Positions 1 to 10,065 of a stretch of DNA of 64,000 bases are shown piece after piece. Origin of the DNA: an uncultured bacterium (GTDB lineage Bacteria; Krumholzibacteriota; Krumholzibacteriia; JACNKJ01). Location of the stretch: NCBI GenBank assembly GCA_963695095.1, contig CAVOFT010000001.1, positions 672,001-736,000 on the forward strand, written 5' to 3'. Position numbers and translations under genes: made by a program. How positions within the stretch are numbered: position 1 is the first letter of the stretch; each line of letters opens with the position of its first letter. The notes beneath the pieces are model-generated. The model was not told the DNA's origin. It was given only the letters and a program-made list of their open reading frames with translations, and did no database searches.

Positions 1-223
1 GCTGGTGCGCTTCTCCGGGCGCCAGTTCGATCCGCGCCTCGTCGTCCATTTCCTGCAGATGCTGCGCGACAAGGCCTGGATCGAGGCCGACGAAGTGGAA
101 GCCCTGCTCGCGGAACAGCGCGAGCTGGCCGGGGAGCGCCTCCGCCGCAGCGGGCCCGGCGCAGGCCGGCCTTCAGTTGCCACCGTACCTGCCGATAACG
201 AGAGCGAATCCGGGCTCGAGTGA
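1..223 (+). CDS. C-terminal end of probable HD-GYP domain phosphodiesterase (truncated by window edge)
   Basis: RFSGRQFDPRLV matches the G-x-QFDP-x-[LV]V C-terminal motif of HD-GYP proteins; directly upstream of a receiver gene. Confidence 0.6.
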   Translation, partial: LVRFSGRQFDPRLVVHFLQMLRDKAWIEADEVEALLAEQRELAGERLRRSGPGAGRPSVATVPADNESESGLE

Positions 224-270
224 GCTCGCCGGCCCCCGCGGGGGCGCATCGACGAAGGAAAGGAGCCGCC

Positions 271-657
271 GTGTTTCAGGGAAAAGTCCTGGTGGTCGAC
301 GACGAGGTCTACATCCTGCACATCCTGGACTTCAGCCTGGGCGCCGAAGGCTACGAGGTAGTCACGGCCGCCAACGGTGAGCAGGCCCTCGAGAAGGCCG
401 TGAGCGAGCGGCCGGATCTGATCGTCATGGACGTCATGATGCCCAAGCTGGACGGCTACGAGACCTGCCGGCGGCTCAAGGAAATGCCCGAGACCAAGCA
501 CATCCCCGTGCTGCTGCTCACGGCCAAGGGCCGCGACATGGATCGCAAGAAGGGCTTCGAGGTGGGGGCGGACGACTACATCACCAAGCCCTTCAGCCCC
601 AACAAGCTGATCGGGCGGGTGCAGGAGATCCTGGGCATCCAGGCCGGCGGCCAGTAG
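271..657 (+). CDS. Single-domain response regulator (CheY/PhoB-like receiver)
   Basis: VLVVDDE, DLIVMDVMMPKLDG (phospho-Asp), LLTAK, GADDYITKPF; GTG at 271 after AAGGAG RBS. Confidence 0.92.
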   Translation: MFQGKVLVVDDEVYILHILDFSLGAEGYEVVTAANGEQALEKAVSERPDLIVMDVMMPKLDGYETCRRLKEMPETKHIPVLLLTAKGRDMDRKKGFEVGADDYITKPFSPNKLIGRVQEILGIQAGGQ

Positions 658-680
658 ACCGCCACCGTACGCGCTGAGCG

Positions 681-717
681 AGGGCCGCTCTTCCCTGCCG
701 GGGAGGGGCGGCCCTCC
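681..717 (+). terminator. GC-rich hairpin, probable terminator
   Basis: GAGGGCCGCTCTTCCC-TGCC-GGGGAGGGGCGGCCCTC just after the stop codon; weak U-tract. Confidence 0.45.
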
Positions 718-811
718 CTCTTGCGCCCCGCCCGGCGGGCTTGGCGATCACCATCATGGATTCCTTCGCAGAGGACCTTCCAGAAGAGAACCATCCTCGA
801 GACCGAGTCGA

Positions 812-841
812 TTGCCCCGACCGCAGCAGAGGTGGTACAAT
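812..841 (+). promoter_or_regulatory. Putative sigma70 promoter of beta-helix gene
   Basis: TTGCCC-18 bp-TACAAT with TGn extended -10. Confidence 0.5.
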
Positions 842-879
842 ATTGCCATCGTTGAGGGTCGCCCCTTTCATGGAGCGGT

Positions 880-2391
880 ATGCGAATCCTGCTGTGTTTG
901 CTTTGGATTCTTGCGCTTGCGTCCGGGCCGGAAGCCGCCACCTACCACCTCGTCCCCGGCGGCGGGGACTTCCCCACGATCCAGGAAGCGATCGATGCGT
1001 GTGTGGATGGAGACTCCATCCTGCTCGCGGATGGCACCTACACTTTCGAGGACCCTCTGGGGCTGATCTTCTGGGGTAGGGACATTTTCTTCGGCTCGGA
1101 GAGCAACTCTCCGGCCGACTGCGTGATCGATGTGGGCTACTGGGGGGGCGGAGAGAAGTACGGATACGGATTCAATCTTTCCCAAGGTGAGAGTCGTGCG
1201 TGTGTGGTGCAGGGGCTCACCATCTGCGATGCAACTGGCGAGTTTGGCGGGGCATTCCACATCCGGGCCTCGTCGCCGATCGTGCGCAACTGCATCATCC
1301 GAGACAACTGGGCCAGTGTCGGCGGGGCTGGCGTCTACGCCCGGGAGAACTCAAACGCTCTGATCATTGACTGCCATATCTTCGCGAACCGGAGTTGGAT
1401 TCTGGGCAGTGCTGGGGCGGGTGTCAAGACGCAAGGTTCTGTGGAGATCGTGAACTGCGTCATCGAACACAACGTGGTTGGCGGGCCTGGGTTCTCCGGG
1501 CTTGGGGGAGGGATCTACTCCGTTGGGGCGGGCCTGATCAAGGACTGCATTATCCGCGACAACTTTGGCGGTGAGTACGGCGGGGGCATTGCCATTTCTG
1601 GTGGCGGGCGCATTGAGAACTGCCTGATCCATGACAATTGGGCCGAGATCGCAGGCGGCGGCATCGCCGCCTGGACCGTTCCCTGGGCCCAGGTTGATAT
1701 TGTGAACTGCTCGATCGTGAGGAACGAGGCCAGCGATGGCTCCGCGCTGCGGAACTCGAACTATCTCACCGGCTACGGCGGCGGCCCCGTTGTGCTTTCC
1801 GGCTGTATTGCGGCTCTGAACTCCGGACCGGGCGAGGCATTCCTCAGCGAGCTGGCTGGCGCCACATTCACCCTGAGTTGCAGTGATGTCTGGGGCAACC
1901 CGGGCGGAGACTGGACGGGGCCCATCGCGGGCCAGCTCGAGCTGGCTGGCAACCTGAATGTCGATCCGCTCTTCTGCGATGCCGAGGGCGGCGAGTTCAC
2001 CTTGAACGAAGCCTCGCCGTGCATGCCCGAGCACAACGATTGCGGGGTGCTGATCGGCGCCCTGGGCATGGGCTGCACGCTGACGGCGGTGCCGGGGGAA
2101 TCGCCCGCGCCGCTCCCGCAGCTCGCGCAGAATCACCCCAATCCCTTCAACGCCCGCACGAGCATCGTCTTTAGCTTGCCGGCTGCGGGTCCGGTGGACC
2201 TCCGGCTCTACGATCCGGCGGGGCGGGAGCGCGCGGCGCTGTTGGCCGGCGCTTGGCTCGAGGCCGGCACGCAGCGCCTGGACTGGGACGGCCGCGACGG
2301 CGAAGGCCGGGCCCTGCCCTCGGGTGTCTACCTCTACCGCCTCACGACCCCATGGGGCTCGCTCTCGCGCAAGCTCACGCTTCTGCAGTAG
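880..2391 (+). CDS. Secreted right-handed parallel beta-helix protein with C-terminal FlgD-Ig/T9SS-like domain
   Basis: Signal peptide; FPTIQEAID; repeated GGGI/NCIIRDN; DPLFC..SPC..C..IGA cap; QNHPNPFN...WDGRD...SGVYLYRL...RKLTLLQ. Confidence 0.85.
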   Translation: MRILLCLLWILALASGPEAATYHLVPGGGDFPTIQEAIDACVDGDSILLADGTYTFEDPLGLIFWGRDIFFGSESNSPADCVIDVGYWGGGEKYGYGFNLSQGESRACVVQGLTICDATGEFGGAFHIRASSPIVRNCIIRDNWASVGGAGVYARENSNALIIDCHIFANRSWILGSAGAGVKTQGSVEIVNCVIEHNVVGGPGFSGLGGGIYSVGAGLIKDCIIRDNFGGEYGGGIAISGGGRIENCLIHDNWAEIAGGGIAAWTVPWAQVDIVNCSIVRNEASDGSALRNSNYLTGYGGGPVVLSGCIAALNSGPGEAFLSELAGATFTLSCSDVWGNPGGDWTGPIAGQLELAGNLNVDPLFCDAEGGEFTLNEASPCMPEHNDCGVLIGALGMGCTLTAVPGESPAPLPQLAQNHPNPFNARTSIVFSLPAAGPVDLRLYDPAGRERAALLAGAWLEAGTQRLDWDGRDGEGRALPSGVYLYRLTTPWGSLSRKLTLLQ

Positions 2392-2523
2392 AGCTTGCTG
2401 CCAGACGGTCATCATTGACAAGGTCCAGGGGGGCGAGGCAGTCTCATGTGGTCGTTGGTCACCATCAAGGGGGTGTGCTAGTGAGGTGCCGACCCAGCCA
2501 GCGCCGCCGCGGACGCCTAATTC

Positions 2524-3841
2524 GAGTCTGTAAGGTTTTCTGTGTAACTGGCCTTGGGCTACACTCTATCGGAGGAGAGCGACCATGGCCAAACCAGATC
2601 CTGTGGACAAGCTGATCGACGAGCTGATCCTGGGCAAGCAGCCCGAGGAGATCCTCGGCAAGGACGGCGTGCTCAAGCAGCTCACGAAGCGGCTTGTCGA
2701 GCGCGCCCTCGAAGGCGAGATGACCCACCACCTGGGCTACGCGCCGCATGCCCCCGAGGGCCGGGGCAGCGGCAATTCACGCAACGGCAAGACGAGCAAG
2801 ACCCTGCTGGCCGAGAGCGGGGAACTGGAGATCACCGTGCCCCGCGACCGCAGCGGCGAGTTCGAGCCGGTGCTCGTCCCCAAGCGCCAGCGCCGGCTCG
2901 CCGGCTTCGACGACAAGGTGATCGCGCTCTACGCACGGGGCCTGACGACGCGCGAGATCCAGGCTCACCTCGAGGAGCTCTACGGCGTCGAGGTCTCGCC
3001 GCAACTGATCTCGGCGGTAACCGACGCGGTGCTGGACGAGGTCGCAGCCTGGCAGAACCGGCCGCTGGATCCGGTCTATCCGATCGTCTACTTGGATGCG
3101 ATCCATCTCAAGCTGCGCAGCGAGGGCCGCGTGCAAAACCAGGCGGTCTACCTGGCGCTGGGGATCACGCTCGAGGGGAGGAAGGAGCTGCTCGGCCTGT
3201 GGATCGGCGAGAGCGAAGGGGCCAAGTTCTGGCTGGGCGTGATCACGGAGCTGCGAAACCGTGGGCTGCAGGACATCCTGATCGCCTGCGTGGATGGGCT
3301 GAAGGGCTTCCCCGAAGCGATCGAGACGGTCTACCCGCGGACGCAGGTGCAACTGTGCATCATCCACATGGTGCGCCATTCGCTCAAGTACGTGGGCTGG
3401 AAGGAGCGCAAGGCGGTGGCGGCGGATCTGCGGACGATCTACACGGCGGCCACGGCCGAGGCCGGGGAGCAGGCGCTGACGGCCTTCGAGGCGAAGTGGG
3501 GAGCGCGCTACCCGTCGATCGGCAAGAGCTGGCGGGCCAACTGGGCGAACCTGATCCCGTTCTACAGCTACCCGCCGGCAATCCGGAAGGTGATCTACAC
3601 GACGAACGCGATCGAGTCGATGCAGGCGAGCCTGCGCAAGCTGCTGCGGCATCGGGGTGCTTTCCCGAACGCGGAGAGCGTGCGCAAGGTGCTATACTTG
3701 GCGCTGCAGCGGATCGCAAAGGGCTGGAAGCGGCCGGTCCTGGACTGGGTCGCGGCCCTGAATCACTTCAGCGTGGTGTTTGAGGGGAGAATCTAGCGGT
3801 GAATCGAGATGGGTCAGTTACACAGAAATCTGGACACACTC
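2524..3841 (+). mobile_element. IS256-family insertion sequence (1318 bp)
   Basis: Terminal inverted repeats 2524-2553 GAGTCTGTAAGGTTTTCTGTGTAACTGGCC and 3812-3841 (reverse complement GAGTGTGTCCAGATTTCTGTGTAACTGACC), 24/30 identical, flanking an intact transposase. Confidence 0.92.
2585..3796 (+). CDS. IS256 family (Mutator-like) DDE transposase
   Basis: NSRNG, VPRDR, YPIVYLDA, DGLKGF, QLCIIH, IYTTNAIES motifs. Confidence 0.97.
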   Translation: MAKPDPVDKLIDELILGKQPEEILGKDGVLKQLTKRLVERALEGEMTHHLGYAPHAPEGRGSGNSRNGKTSKTLLAESGELEITVPRDRSGEFEPVLVPKRQRRLAGFDDKVIALYARGLTTREIQAHLEELYGVEVSPQLISAVTDAVLDEVAAWQNRPLDPVYPIVYLDAIHLKLRSEGRVQNQAVYLALGITLEGRKELLGLWIGESEGAKFWLGVITELRNRGLQDILIACVDGLKGFPEAIETVYPRTQVQLCIIHMVRHSLKYVGWKERKAVAADLRTIYTAATAEAGEQALTAFEAKWGARYPSIGKSWRANWANLIPFYSYPPAIRKVIYTTNAIESMQASLRKLLRHRGAFPNAESVRKVLYLALQRIAKGWKRPVLDWVAALNHFSVVFEGRI

Positions 3842-4088
3842 CAATGAGGACGTTTCGCTTGATGCTGCTGCCATCCTCGCACTGCCGCTCGAGGCCACGA
3901 AATACGGCATCGCGGAATCTGCGGGCCAGGTGACGATTGCGGTCGATGTCTCGAGAGCTCTGCGGGGGTTCATCGATGGCAATGCCCAGAGGCTGGAGTT
4001 GATTGTCGGGAGGTTCTCGCTCGACACAGTGGCTGGCTGCAATCTTGGAGGCGTGGGCGCAATGGCCCTCAGGGTCACCTCGCTCTGA
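3842..4088 (+). pseudogene. Gene remnant abutting right IS end
   Basis: Open frame without its own clean start running from the IS boundary to TGA 4088; protein-like composition. Confidence 0.35.
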
Positions 4089-4241
4089 GCAGCTCGACGA
4101 TCGAATCCTAACCACCGCCGAGTTGATCTCTCCAGGAACGGGCGGACTTGGAACCCTGACGGCCGCAGCTTCCGAGCAGTTCGGCCAATTGCCGGCGGAT
4201 CCGCCGGGATGAGTTGCCTCCTGCAACTAGGAAGGAGCCCC

Positions 4242-6311
4242 GTGAGCGAGCGCTTCGTGGACGTGGCGCTCCCCCTGCCCCTGGACCGCAGCTTCAGCTA
4301 CCGCCTGCCCGCCGAGATGCCCCTGCCCGCGCCCGGCAGCCGCGTGCGCGTGCCCTTCGGCGCCGGCGAGGAGACGGGCTTCGTCCTCGGCAGCCTGGCG
4401 GCCGGCCAGCTCGAAGCCGGCCTGCGCGCCGCCCCCGCCAAGATCAAGCCCGTCAGCGAACTGCTCGATGCCGAGCCCTGGCTCGACGCCGGGCTCCTGC
4501 GCCTGGCCCGCTGGCTGGCCGACTACTATGCCGCCGGCCTGGGCGAGGTGCTGCGCAGCATGCTGCCGATCAAGGCGATGAAGCGGCCGCGTGCGCCCGC
4601 GGCGCCGCCCCTGCCGCCGCCGGACGCGCCCCAGCGCCTCACCCCGGCCCAGGCCGCCGCCCTGGCGGCCGTCGTGGCGGCCCTCGATACGGGCGCCTTC
4701 GCGCGCTTCCTCCTCGACGGCGTCACCGGCAGCGGCAAGACCGAGGTCTACCTGCAGGCCATCGTCCACTGCCTGTCGCAGGGGCGCCAGGCCATCGTCC
4801 TCGTGCCGGAGATCAGCCTCACGCCCCAGGCCGCCCAGCGCTTCCGCGCCCGCCTGGGCGAAGGCGTGGGCGTCTTCCACAGCGGCCTCGCGGCGGGCGA
4901 GCGCTACGCCGTCTGGGAGGGGCTGCGCGCCGGGCGCCTGCAGGTGGTGCTCGGCCCGCGCTCGGCGGTCTTCGCGCCCTGCCCGCGCCTGGGCCTGGTG
5001 GTCATCGACGAGGAGCACGACAGCTCCTACAAGCAGACGGAAAAGCCCCGCTACCACGCCCGCAGCGTGGCCATGCTGCGCGCCCGCGACGCCGGGGCGG
5101 TGGTGCTCCTCGGCAGCGCCACGCCCGCGCTCGAGAGCCTGCACAACGTCCACCGGGGCAAGTACCGGCGGCTGGAGCTGCCCGAGCGCGTAGCCGGGGG
5201 ACAGCGTCCTATGATCGAGATCCTCCCCATGGCCGCCGAGACCGGCCTGCTGGCGGCGCCGCTCGTGGAGGCCATCGGCGCCTGCGTCGAGCAGGGCGAG
5301 AAGGCCATCCTCCTGCTCAATCGCAGGGGGCACAGCCGGCTGCGCCTGTGCCGCGACTGCGGCTACCTGCGCCGCTGCGGCCGCTGCGAGATCCCCCTGG
5401 TCTATCACTCGCGCCGCGAGCGCCTCATCTGCCACTACTGCGGCCAGGCGCGCCCGCCCGAGCCCGTCTGCGCGGACTGCGGCGGCCGCCGCTGGGTCCT
5501 GCTCGGCGCCGGCACCCAGCAGCTCGAGCTGGAGCTGGGTCTGCGCTGGCCCGAGCTGCCGCTGCATCGCATGGATCTGGACAGCACCCGGCGCCGCGGC
5601 GCCCATGGGGACATCCTGGCGGCCTTCGCGGCGCCGGGGCCCTCCCTGCTCCTGGGCACGCAGATGATCGCCAAGGGCCACCACTTTCCCGAGGTGACCC
5701 TGGTGGGGGTGGTCGACGCCGATCTGGGGCTCTTCCTGCCCGACTTCCGGGCCGCCGAGCGGAGCTGGCAGCTCCTGGAGCAGGTGGCCGGCCGCAGCGG
5801 CCGCGGTGCGCGACCGGGCCGCGTGCTGGTGCAGACCTATGCCCCAGAGCACCCGCTCCTGGCCGCCCTCGCCGCGGGCGAGCTGGCCGGGCTCGTGGAG
5901 CGCGAACTCGCTGAGCGCCGGGCCCTGGGCTACCCGCCCTATCGGCGCCTGCTCTCGCTGCTGATCACGGCCCCGGAGGAGGAGCTGGCCCGGCAGGCCG
6001 CTCAGCGCCTCGGGGCGGCGCTCGCCGAGCGCTGGCCGGAGGCCCTCAGCGAGCCTCCGGGCATCCCGGCGGCCCCGACGTCCGGGGGCTCCGGAGGAGC
6101 AGCCCGGACTCGGATCGAAATCCTGGGTCCCGTCGAGGGCTACCCCGCACGGCTCAAGGACCGCTTTCGCCAGCAGCTCCTGCTCAAGGGCCCTCTCGAC
6201 GCCGGCCAGAAGCGCGCCATCGCGCCGCTCTTCGCCGATATCGCCAAGCGTCTGGGCCGCAGCGGCGCCCTCGGCCTGGAGATCGACGTCGATCCCGAGA
6301 GCCTCCTGTGA
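4242..6311 (+). CDS. priA: Primosomal protein N' (replication restart helicase)
   Basis: GVTGSGKTEVY, LVPEISLT, DEEHD, four CxxC pairs, GTQMIAKG, QVAGRSGR, IDVDP; GTG after AAGGAG. Confidence 0.96.
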   Translation: MSERFVDVALPLPLDRSFSYRLPAEMPLPAPGSRVRVPFGAGEETGFVLGSLAAGQLEAGLRAAPAKIKPVSELLDAEPWLDAGLLRLARWLADYYAAGLGEVLRSMLPIKAMKRPRAPAAPPLPPPDAPQRLTPAQAAALAAVVAALDTGAFARFLLDGVTGSGKTEVYLQAIVHCLSQGRQAIVLVPEISLTPQAAQRFRARLGEGVGVFHSGLAAGERYAVWEGLRAGRLQVVLGPRSAVFAPCPRLGLVVIDEEHDSSYKQTEKPRYHARSVAMLRARDAGAVVLLGSATPALESLHNVHRGKYRRLELPERVAGGQRPMIEILPMAAETGLLAAPLVEAIGACVEQGEKAILLLNRRGHSRLRLCRDCGYLRRCGRCEIPLVYHSRRERLICHYCGQARPPEPVCADCGGRRWVLLGAGTQQLELELGLRWPELPLHRMDLDSTRRRGAHGDILAAFAAPGPSLLLGTQMIAKGHHFPEVTLVGVVDADLGLFLPDFRAAERSWQLLEQVAGRSGRGARPGRVLVQTYAPEHPLLAALAAGELAGLVERELAERRALGYPPYRRLLSLLITAPEEELARQAAQRLGAALAERWPEALSEPPGIPAAPTSGGSGGAARTRIEILGPVEGYPARLKDRFRQQLLLKGPLDAGQKRAIAPLFADIAKRLGRSGALGLEIDVDPESLL

Positions 6312-6337
6312 GCCGCCGCGGCGCGGGCCCCGCGGTC

Positions 6338-6366
6338 TTGACATTTCTCCATGTGGTCGCTAGGTT
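6338..6366 (+). promoter_or_regulatory. Putative sigma70 promoter
   Basis: TTGACA-17 bp-TAGGTT. Confidence 0.55.
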
Positions 6367-6479
6367 TGCGCTGGTCCGCCCCTCGACCCATCATTCTCTC
6401 GTACAGCAAAATTGCCGGTTCTGGCCGCCGCGCGGCCGGCCCTGCGGGCGCCTCTCGATCCAAGGAGGACGGTTCTGGG

Positions 6480-7988
6480 ATGAGACAGAGACACGTGCTG
6501 ATGGTGGCCCTCCTGGGTCTGCTCGCCTTCGTTTTCGGCTGCAACTCCATGCAGACCTCGAGTGCCATCCTGCGCTACCAGCAGGGTGAGTTCGAGAACG
6601 CCGACTCCCTCTGCGGGGAGGCCATCCGGGTCAACCCGGACGACGGCGAGGCCTATTTCTACCGGGCGCTCAGCCAGTCGATGCTGCGCAACTACGCCTC
6701 GGCCTACACGAACTTCCGCAAGGCGGCCGAGCTGAAGCCCGACCGCGCGGTGATGGCCCAGCAGAACATCGACCACAACTTCGCCGAGGTCTTCAACAAC
6801 GGCGTCGATGCGGCCAACCGGGACGAGACCGAGCTGGCGATCGAGTACTTCACGACGGCGACCCAGGCCAATCCCGACAATCCGGCGGGCTACACCAACC
6901 TGGCCAAGGCCTACTGGACCAAGGCCGAGAAGCTGCGCGACTACGCCAAGGAGGACTTCAAGACGAACGCCCTCCTGGCCGTGGAGAACTTCGAGATCGG
7001 CCTGGGCAAGGAGGCGGATGGAGAAAAGCGCGTGGAGACCGCCCGCGCCCTGGCCGCCGTTCTGGGTAGCCTCTACATCGAAACCGACGAGGACGCCCGG
7101 GAGCCCTACCTCACCAAGTACCGCGAGTTCACGAACGCTCTCGGCCAGGTCTTCGGCCCCCACGAGGCCTTCGGCCGCGTGCTCTTCGACAAGGCCGAGG
7201 ACATGCGCGCCAACAAGCGCAAGGAAGAGCTCTACCGCGACTTCTACACCTATGGCGGCGAGGCCTACGGCAAGGCCGCCGACATCCGGCGCGACCTGGG
7301 CGAGACGGACGTGGACATCCCCCTCTTCGCGGGCATCGCCTACCTGAACGCCGAGATGTTCGCCGAGGCGGCCAAGTACCTGAACATGACCGTCCAGCTC
7401 GATCCCAACCTCGAGCAGGCCTGGTTCTACATGGAGTTCAGCTACTACAAGGCCGGCAAGCTCGACGACGCCATCAAGGCGGGCCTGTTCATCGACGAGA
7501 CCCTGGGCAGCACGGATCCCCAGGTCTTCCAGATCCTCTGGCAGTGCTACCGCGACAAGGCGGTCGCCGCCGACGAGGCCGACGACAGCGCCGGCTTCCT
7601 GGAGAACCGCCGGCTCTACGAGGACGCCTACATCACCTGGGCCACCTACAAGGGCTCCTCCGACGTGACGCCCACGCCGCTGCTGTCCAAGGCCGAGCAG
7701 GCCAAGGAAGAGAAGATCAGCCAGGCCATCTTCGAGAAGGGCGGCATCGCCGTGCTCGAGGCCCGGGTGGCCGGCCGCTTCATCAAGGGCACGCTGCTGA
7801 ACAAGGGCACCTCGACGGTCGAGTACATCGAGATCTCGATCAGCCTGAAGGACGCCGCCGGACAGTCCGTGGGCGATGCCTTCACCGAGCTGGAGAGCCT
7901 TAAGCCCGGCGTGCAGCGGAGCTTCTCCGCCGCCTTCATCCAGGAGGATGTGGCGGGATTTTCAATCACGGATATCATTACCGAGTAG
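6480..7988 (+). CDS. TPR-repeat lipoprotein with C-terminal FxLYD-like Ig domain
   Basis: Lipobox VFGC; TPR-type repeats (NPDDGEAYFYRA, DPNLEQAWFY); C-terminal GTLLNKG..ISLKDAAGQSVG..LKPG. Confidence 0.75.
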   Translation: MRQRHVLMVALLGLLAFVFGCNSMQTSSAILRYQQGEFENADSLCGEAIRVNPDDGEAYFYRALSQSMLRNYASAYTNFRKAAELKPDRAVMAQQNIDHNFAEVFNNGVDAANRDETELAIEYFTTATQANPDNPAGYTNLAKAYWTKAEKLRDYAKEDFKTNALLAVENFEIGLGKEADGEKRVETARALAAVLGSLYIETDEDAREPYLTKYREFTNALGQVFGPHEAFGRVLFDKAEDMRANKRKEELYRDFYTYGGEAYGKAADIRRDLGETDVDIPLFAGIAYLNAEMFAEAAKYLNMTVQLDPNLEQAWFYMEFSYYKAGKLDDAIKAGLFIDETLGSTDPQVFQILWQCYRDKAVAADEADDSAGFLENRRLYEDAYITWATYKGSSDVTPTPLLSKAEQAKEEKISQAIFEKGGIAVLEARVAGRFIKGTLLNKGTSTVEYIEISISLKDAAGQSVGDAFTELESLKPGVQRSFSAAFIQEDVAGFSITDIITE

Positions 7989-8092
7989 TTGGCCCGGATC
8001 TTGTTAGGCGCTGGACGGCGGGGGCCGTCCAGCGCCTACCCGATCCGCCGCTGGTCGGCCGGCCTTCCGGGGTCGACGCTTGCCGGCCGCGC

Positions 8093-8121
8093 TTGACAGC
8101 CCGCAGCGGATCGGGTAACTT
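8093..8121 (+). promoter_or_regulatory. Putative sigma70 promoter of rho operon
   Basis: TTGACA-17 bp-TAACTT. Confidence 0.6.
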
Positions 8122-8252
8122 GTAGGCCTGAGGCGCCCTTCAGGGCGCGACCCGGACGTCCCGTCCCCGACCCCATCGCATCCAGCGCCATGTGTCGTCG
8201 CCCGCGCCCTTTCGCGGGGTCTAATTCTCTCGATTGCCTGGAGTGAAATCCT

Positions 8253-9701
8253 TTGAGAGCAGAAACTGACGAGAAAACCTCGCGCGGTCGTCGGCGCGGC
8301 TTCGAGCGTCGGCGCGGCAGCGGCAGCGGCGGCGGCAACAACAGCAACAACCGGCAGCCGCAGCATGTCCAGGACATGGGCGAGCACCCCAACGGCAAGG
8401 GCAGCGATCCCGATACCGTCACCCGCGAAACCGCCACCGGCGTGGTCATGGACATCACGCAGCTCAAGCGCGAGCCCGTGGCCAAGCTGGTCGAAATCGC
8501 CCAGGGCCTGGAGATCGAGGGCGCCAGCGGGATGCGGAAGCAGGAACTGATCTTCCGCATCATCGAGGTGCAGACCCAGCAGAAGGGCTTTCTCTTCTCG
8601 GAGGGCGTGCTGCAGGTGCTGCCCGAGGGCTACGGCTTCCTGCGCTCGCCGGACTACAACTACCTGCCCGGTCCGGACGACATCTACATCAGCCCCAGCC
8701 AGATCAAGAAGTTCGATCTGCGCACGGGGGACACGGTCTCGGGCCAGGTGCGGCCGCCCAAGGAGAGCGAGCGCTACTTCGCGCTGCTCCGGGTGGAGAC
8801 GATCAACTACGTTGCGCCGGGCGAGGGCAAGGCCAAGGCCAAGGTGCTCTTCGACAACCTGACGCCGCTCTACCCCGAAGTGAAGCTCGATCTCGAGTAC
8901 AAGGCGACGGACCTGACCACCCGCGTCATCGACCTGATGACGCCCATCGGCAAGGGCCAGCGCGCCCTCATCACCGCCCCGCCGCGCACCGGCAAGACGG
9001 TGCTCCTGCAGAACATCGCCAACGCCATCAGCACCAACAACCCCGAGGTGAAGCTGATCGTGCTGCTCATCGACGAGCGGCCCGAGGAAGTCACCGACAT
9101 GCAGCGAAATGTCGATGGCGAGGTGATCAGCTCCACCTTCGACGAGCCGGCCGAGCGCCACGTCCAGGTGAGCGACATGGTGATCGAAAAGGCCAAGCGC
9201 CTGGTCGAGAACGGCTACGACGTGGTGATCCTGCTCGACTCGCTCACGCGCCTGGCTCGCGCTCACAACGCGGTGGTGCCGCACTCCGGCAAGATCCTCT
9301 CCGGCGGCGTGGACAGCAACGCGCTGCAGCGGCCCAAGCGTTTCTTCGGCGCCGCGCGCAATATCGAGGAGGGGGGCAGCCTCACGATCATCGCAACCGC
9401 GCTCATCGAGACCGGCAGCCGCATGGACGAAGTGATCTTCGAGGAGTTCAAGGGCACGGGCAACTGCGAGATCATCCTCGACCGCCGCCTCAGCGACAAG
9501 CGTGTCTACCCGTCCATCGACATGTTCCGCAGCGGCACCCGCAAGGAAGAGCTGCTGCTGCCGGACACGGTGCTGAACAAGATCTGGGTTCTGCGCCGCT
9601 TCCTGAACGACAAGCCCATTGTCGAGGCCATGGAGTTCCTGCTCGAGAAGATGGTCAAGACGAAGACCAACCAGAAGTTCTTGGAGTCGATGAACGCCTG
9701 A
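8253..9701 (+). CDS. rho: Transcription termination factor Rho
   Basis: [52 protein letters not shown] start after GGAG (start uncertain). Confidence 0.97.
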   Translation: MRAETDEKTSRGRRRGFERRRGSGSGGGNNSNNRQPQHVQDMGEHPNGKGSDPDTVTRETATGVVMDITQLKREPVAKLVEIAQGLEIEGASGMRKQELIFRIIEVQTQQKGFLFSEGVLQVLPEGYGFLRSPDYNYLPGPDDIYISPSQIKKFDLRTGDTVSGQVRPPKESERYFALLRVETINYVAPGEGKAKAKVLFDNLTPLYPEVKLDLEYKATDLTTRVIDLMTPIGKGQRALITAPPRTGKTVLLQNIANAISTNNPEVKLIVLLIDERPEEVTDMQRNVDGEVISSTFDEPAERHVQVSDMVIEKAKRLVENGYDVVILLDSLTRLARAHNAVVPHSGKILSGGVDSNALQRPKRFFGAARNIEEGGSLTIIATALIETGSRMDEVIFEEFKGTGNCEIILDRRLSDKRVYPSIDMFRSGTRKEELLLPDTVLNKIWVLRRFLNDKPIVEAMEFLLEKMVKTKTNQKFLESMNA

Positions 9702-9750
9702 CCCATCGGGGCCACCAGCGCTCCGTGGTCGGCAAGGAGAGAAGGCAGTC

Positions 9751-9975
9751 ATGAAACAGGGCATCCATCCGAACTACGTTGCCTGCAAGGTGGTCTGCCT
9801 TTGCGGCAACATCATCGAGACGCGGGCGACCCAGGCGGAAATCCGCGTGGACATCTGCTCCACTTGCCACCCCTTCTACACCGGCAAGCAGAAGCTGGTG
9901 GACACGGCGGGTCGCGTGGAGCGCTTCCAGAGGCGATTCAAGGACTACCGCAAGCAGCTCGACACCAAGGGCTAG
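9751..9975 (+). CDS. rpmE: 50S ribosomal protein L31 (Zn-binding type)
   Basis: [12 protein letters not shown]...[19 protein letters not shown]. Confidence 0.97.
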   Translation: MKQGIHPNYVACKVVCLCGNIIETRATQAEIRVDICSTCHPFYTGKQKLVDTAGRVERFQRRFKDYRKQLDTKG

Positions 9976-10065
9976 CTGGCGACCAGGAGCGGGCGCCGTC
10001 TCCCTGCGGGGGACGCGCCCGTTCTGTATCGGGCCCCAGCGGGGGTCCCAGCCGAGCGGAGTGGC

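Noticed and set aside
4192..4228. Palindrome CCGGCGGATCCGCCGG and small hairpin before priA
   Set aside because: Single GC-rich occurrence with no supporting context
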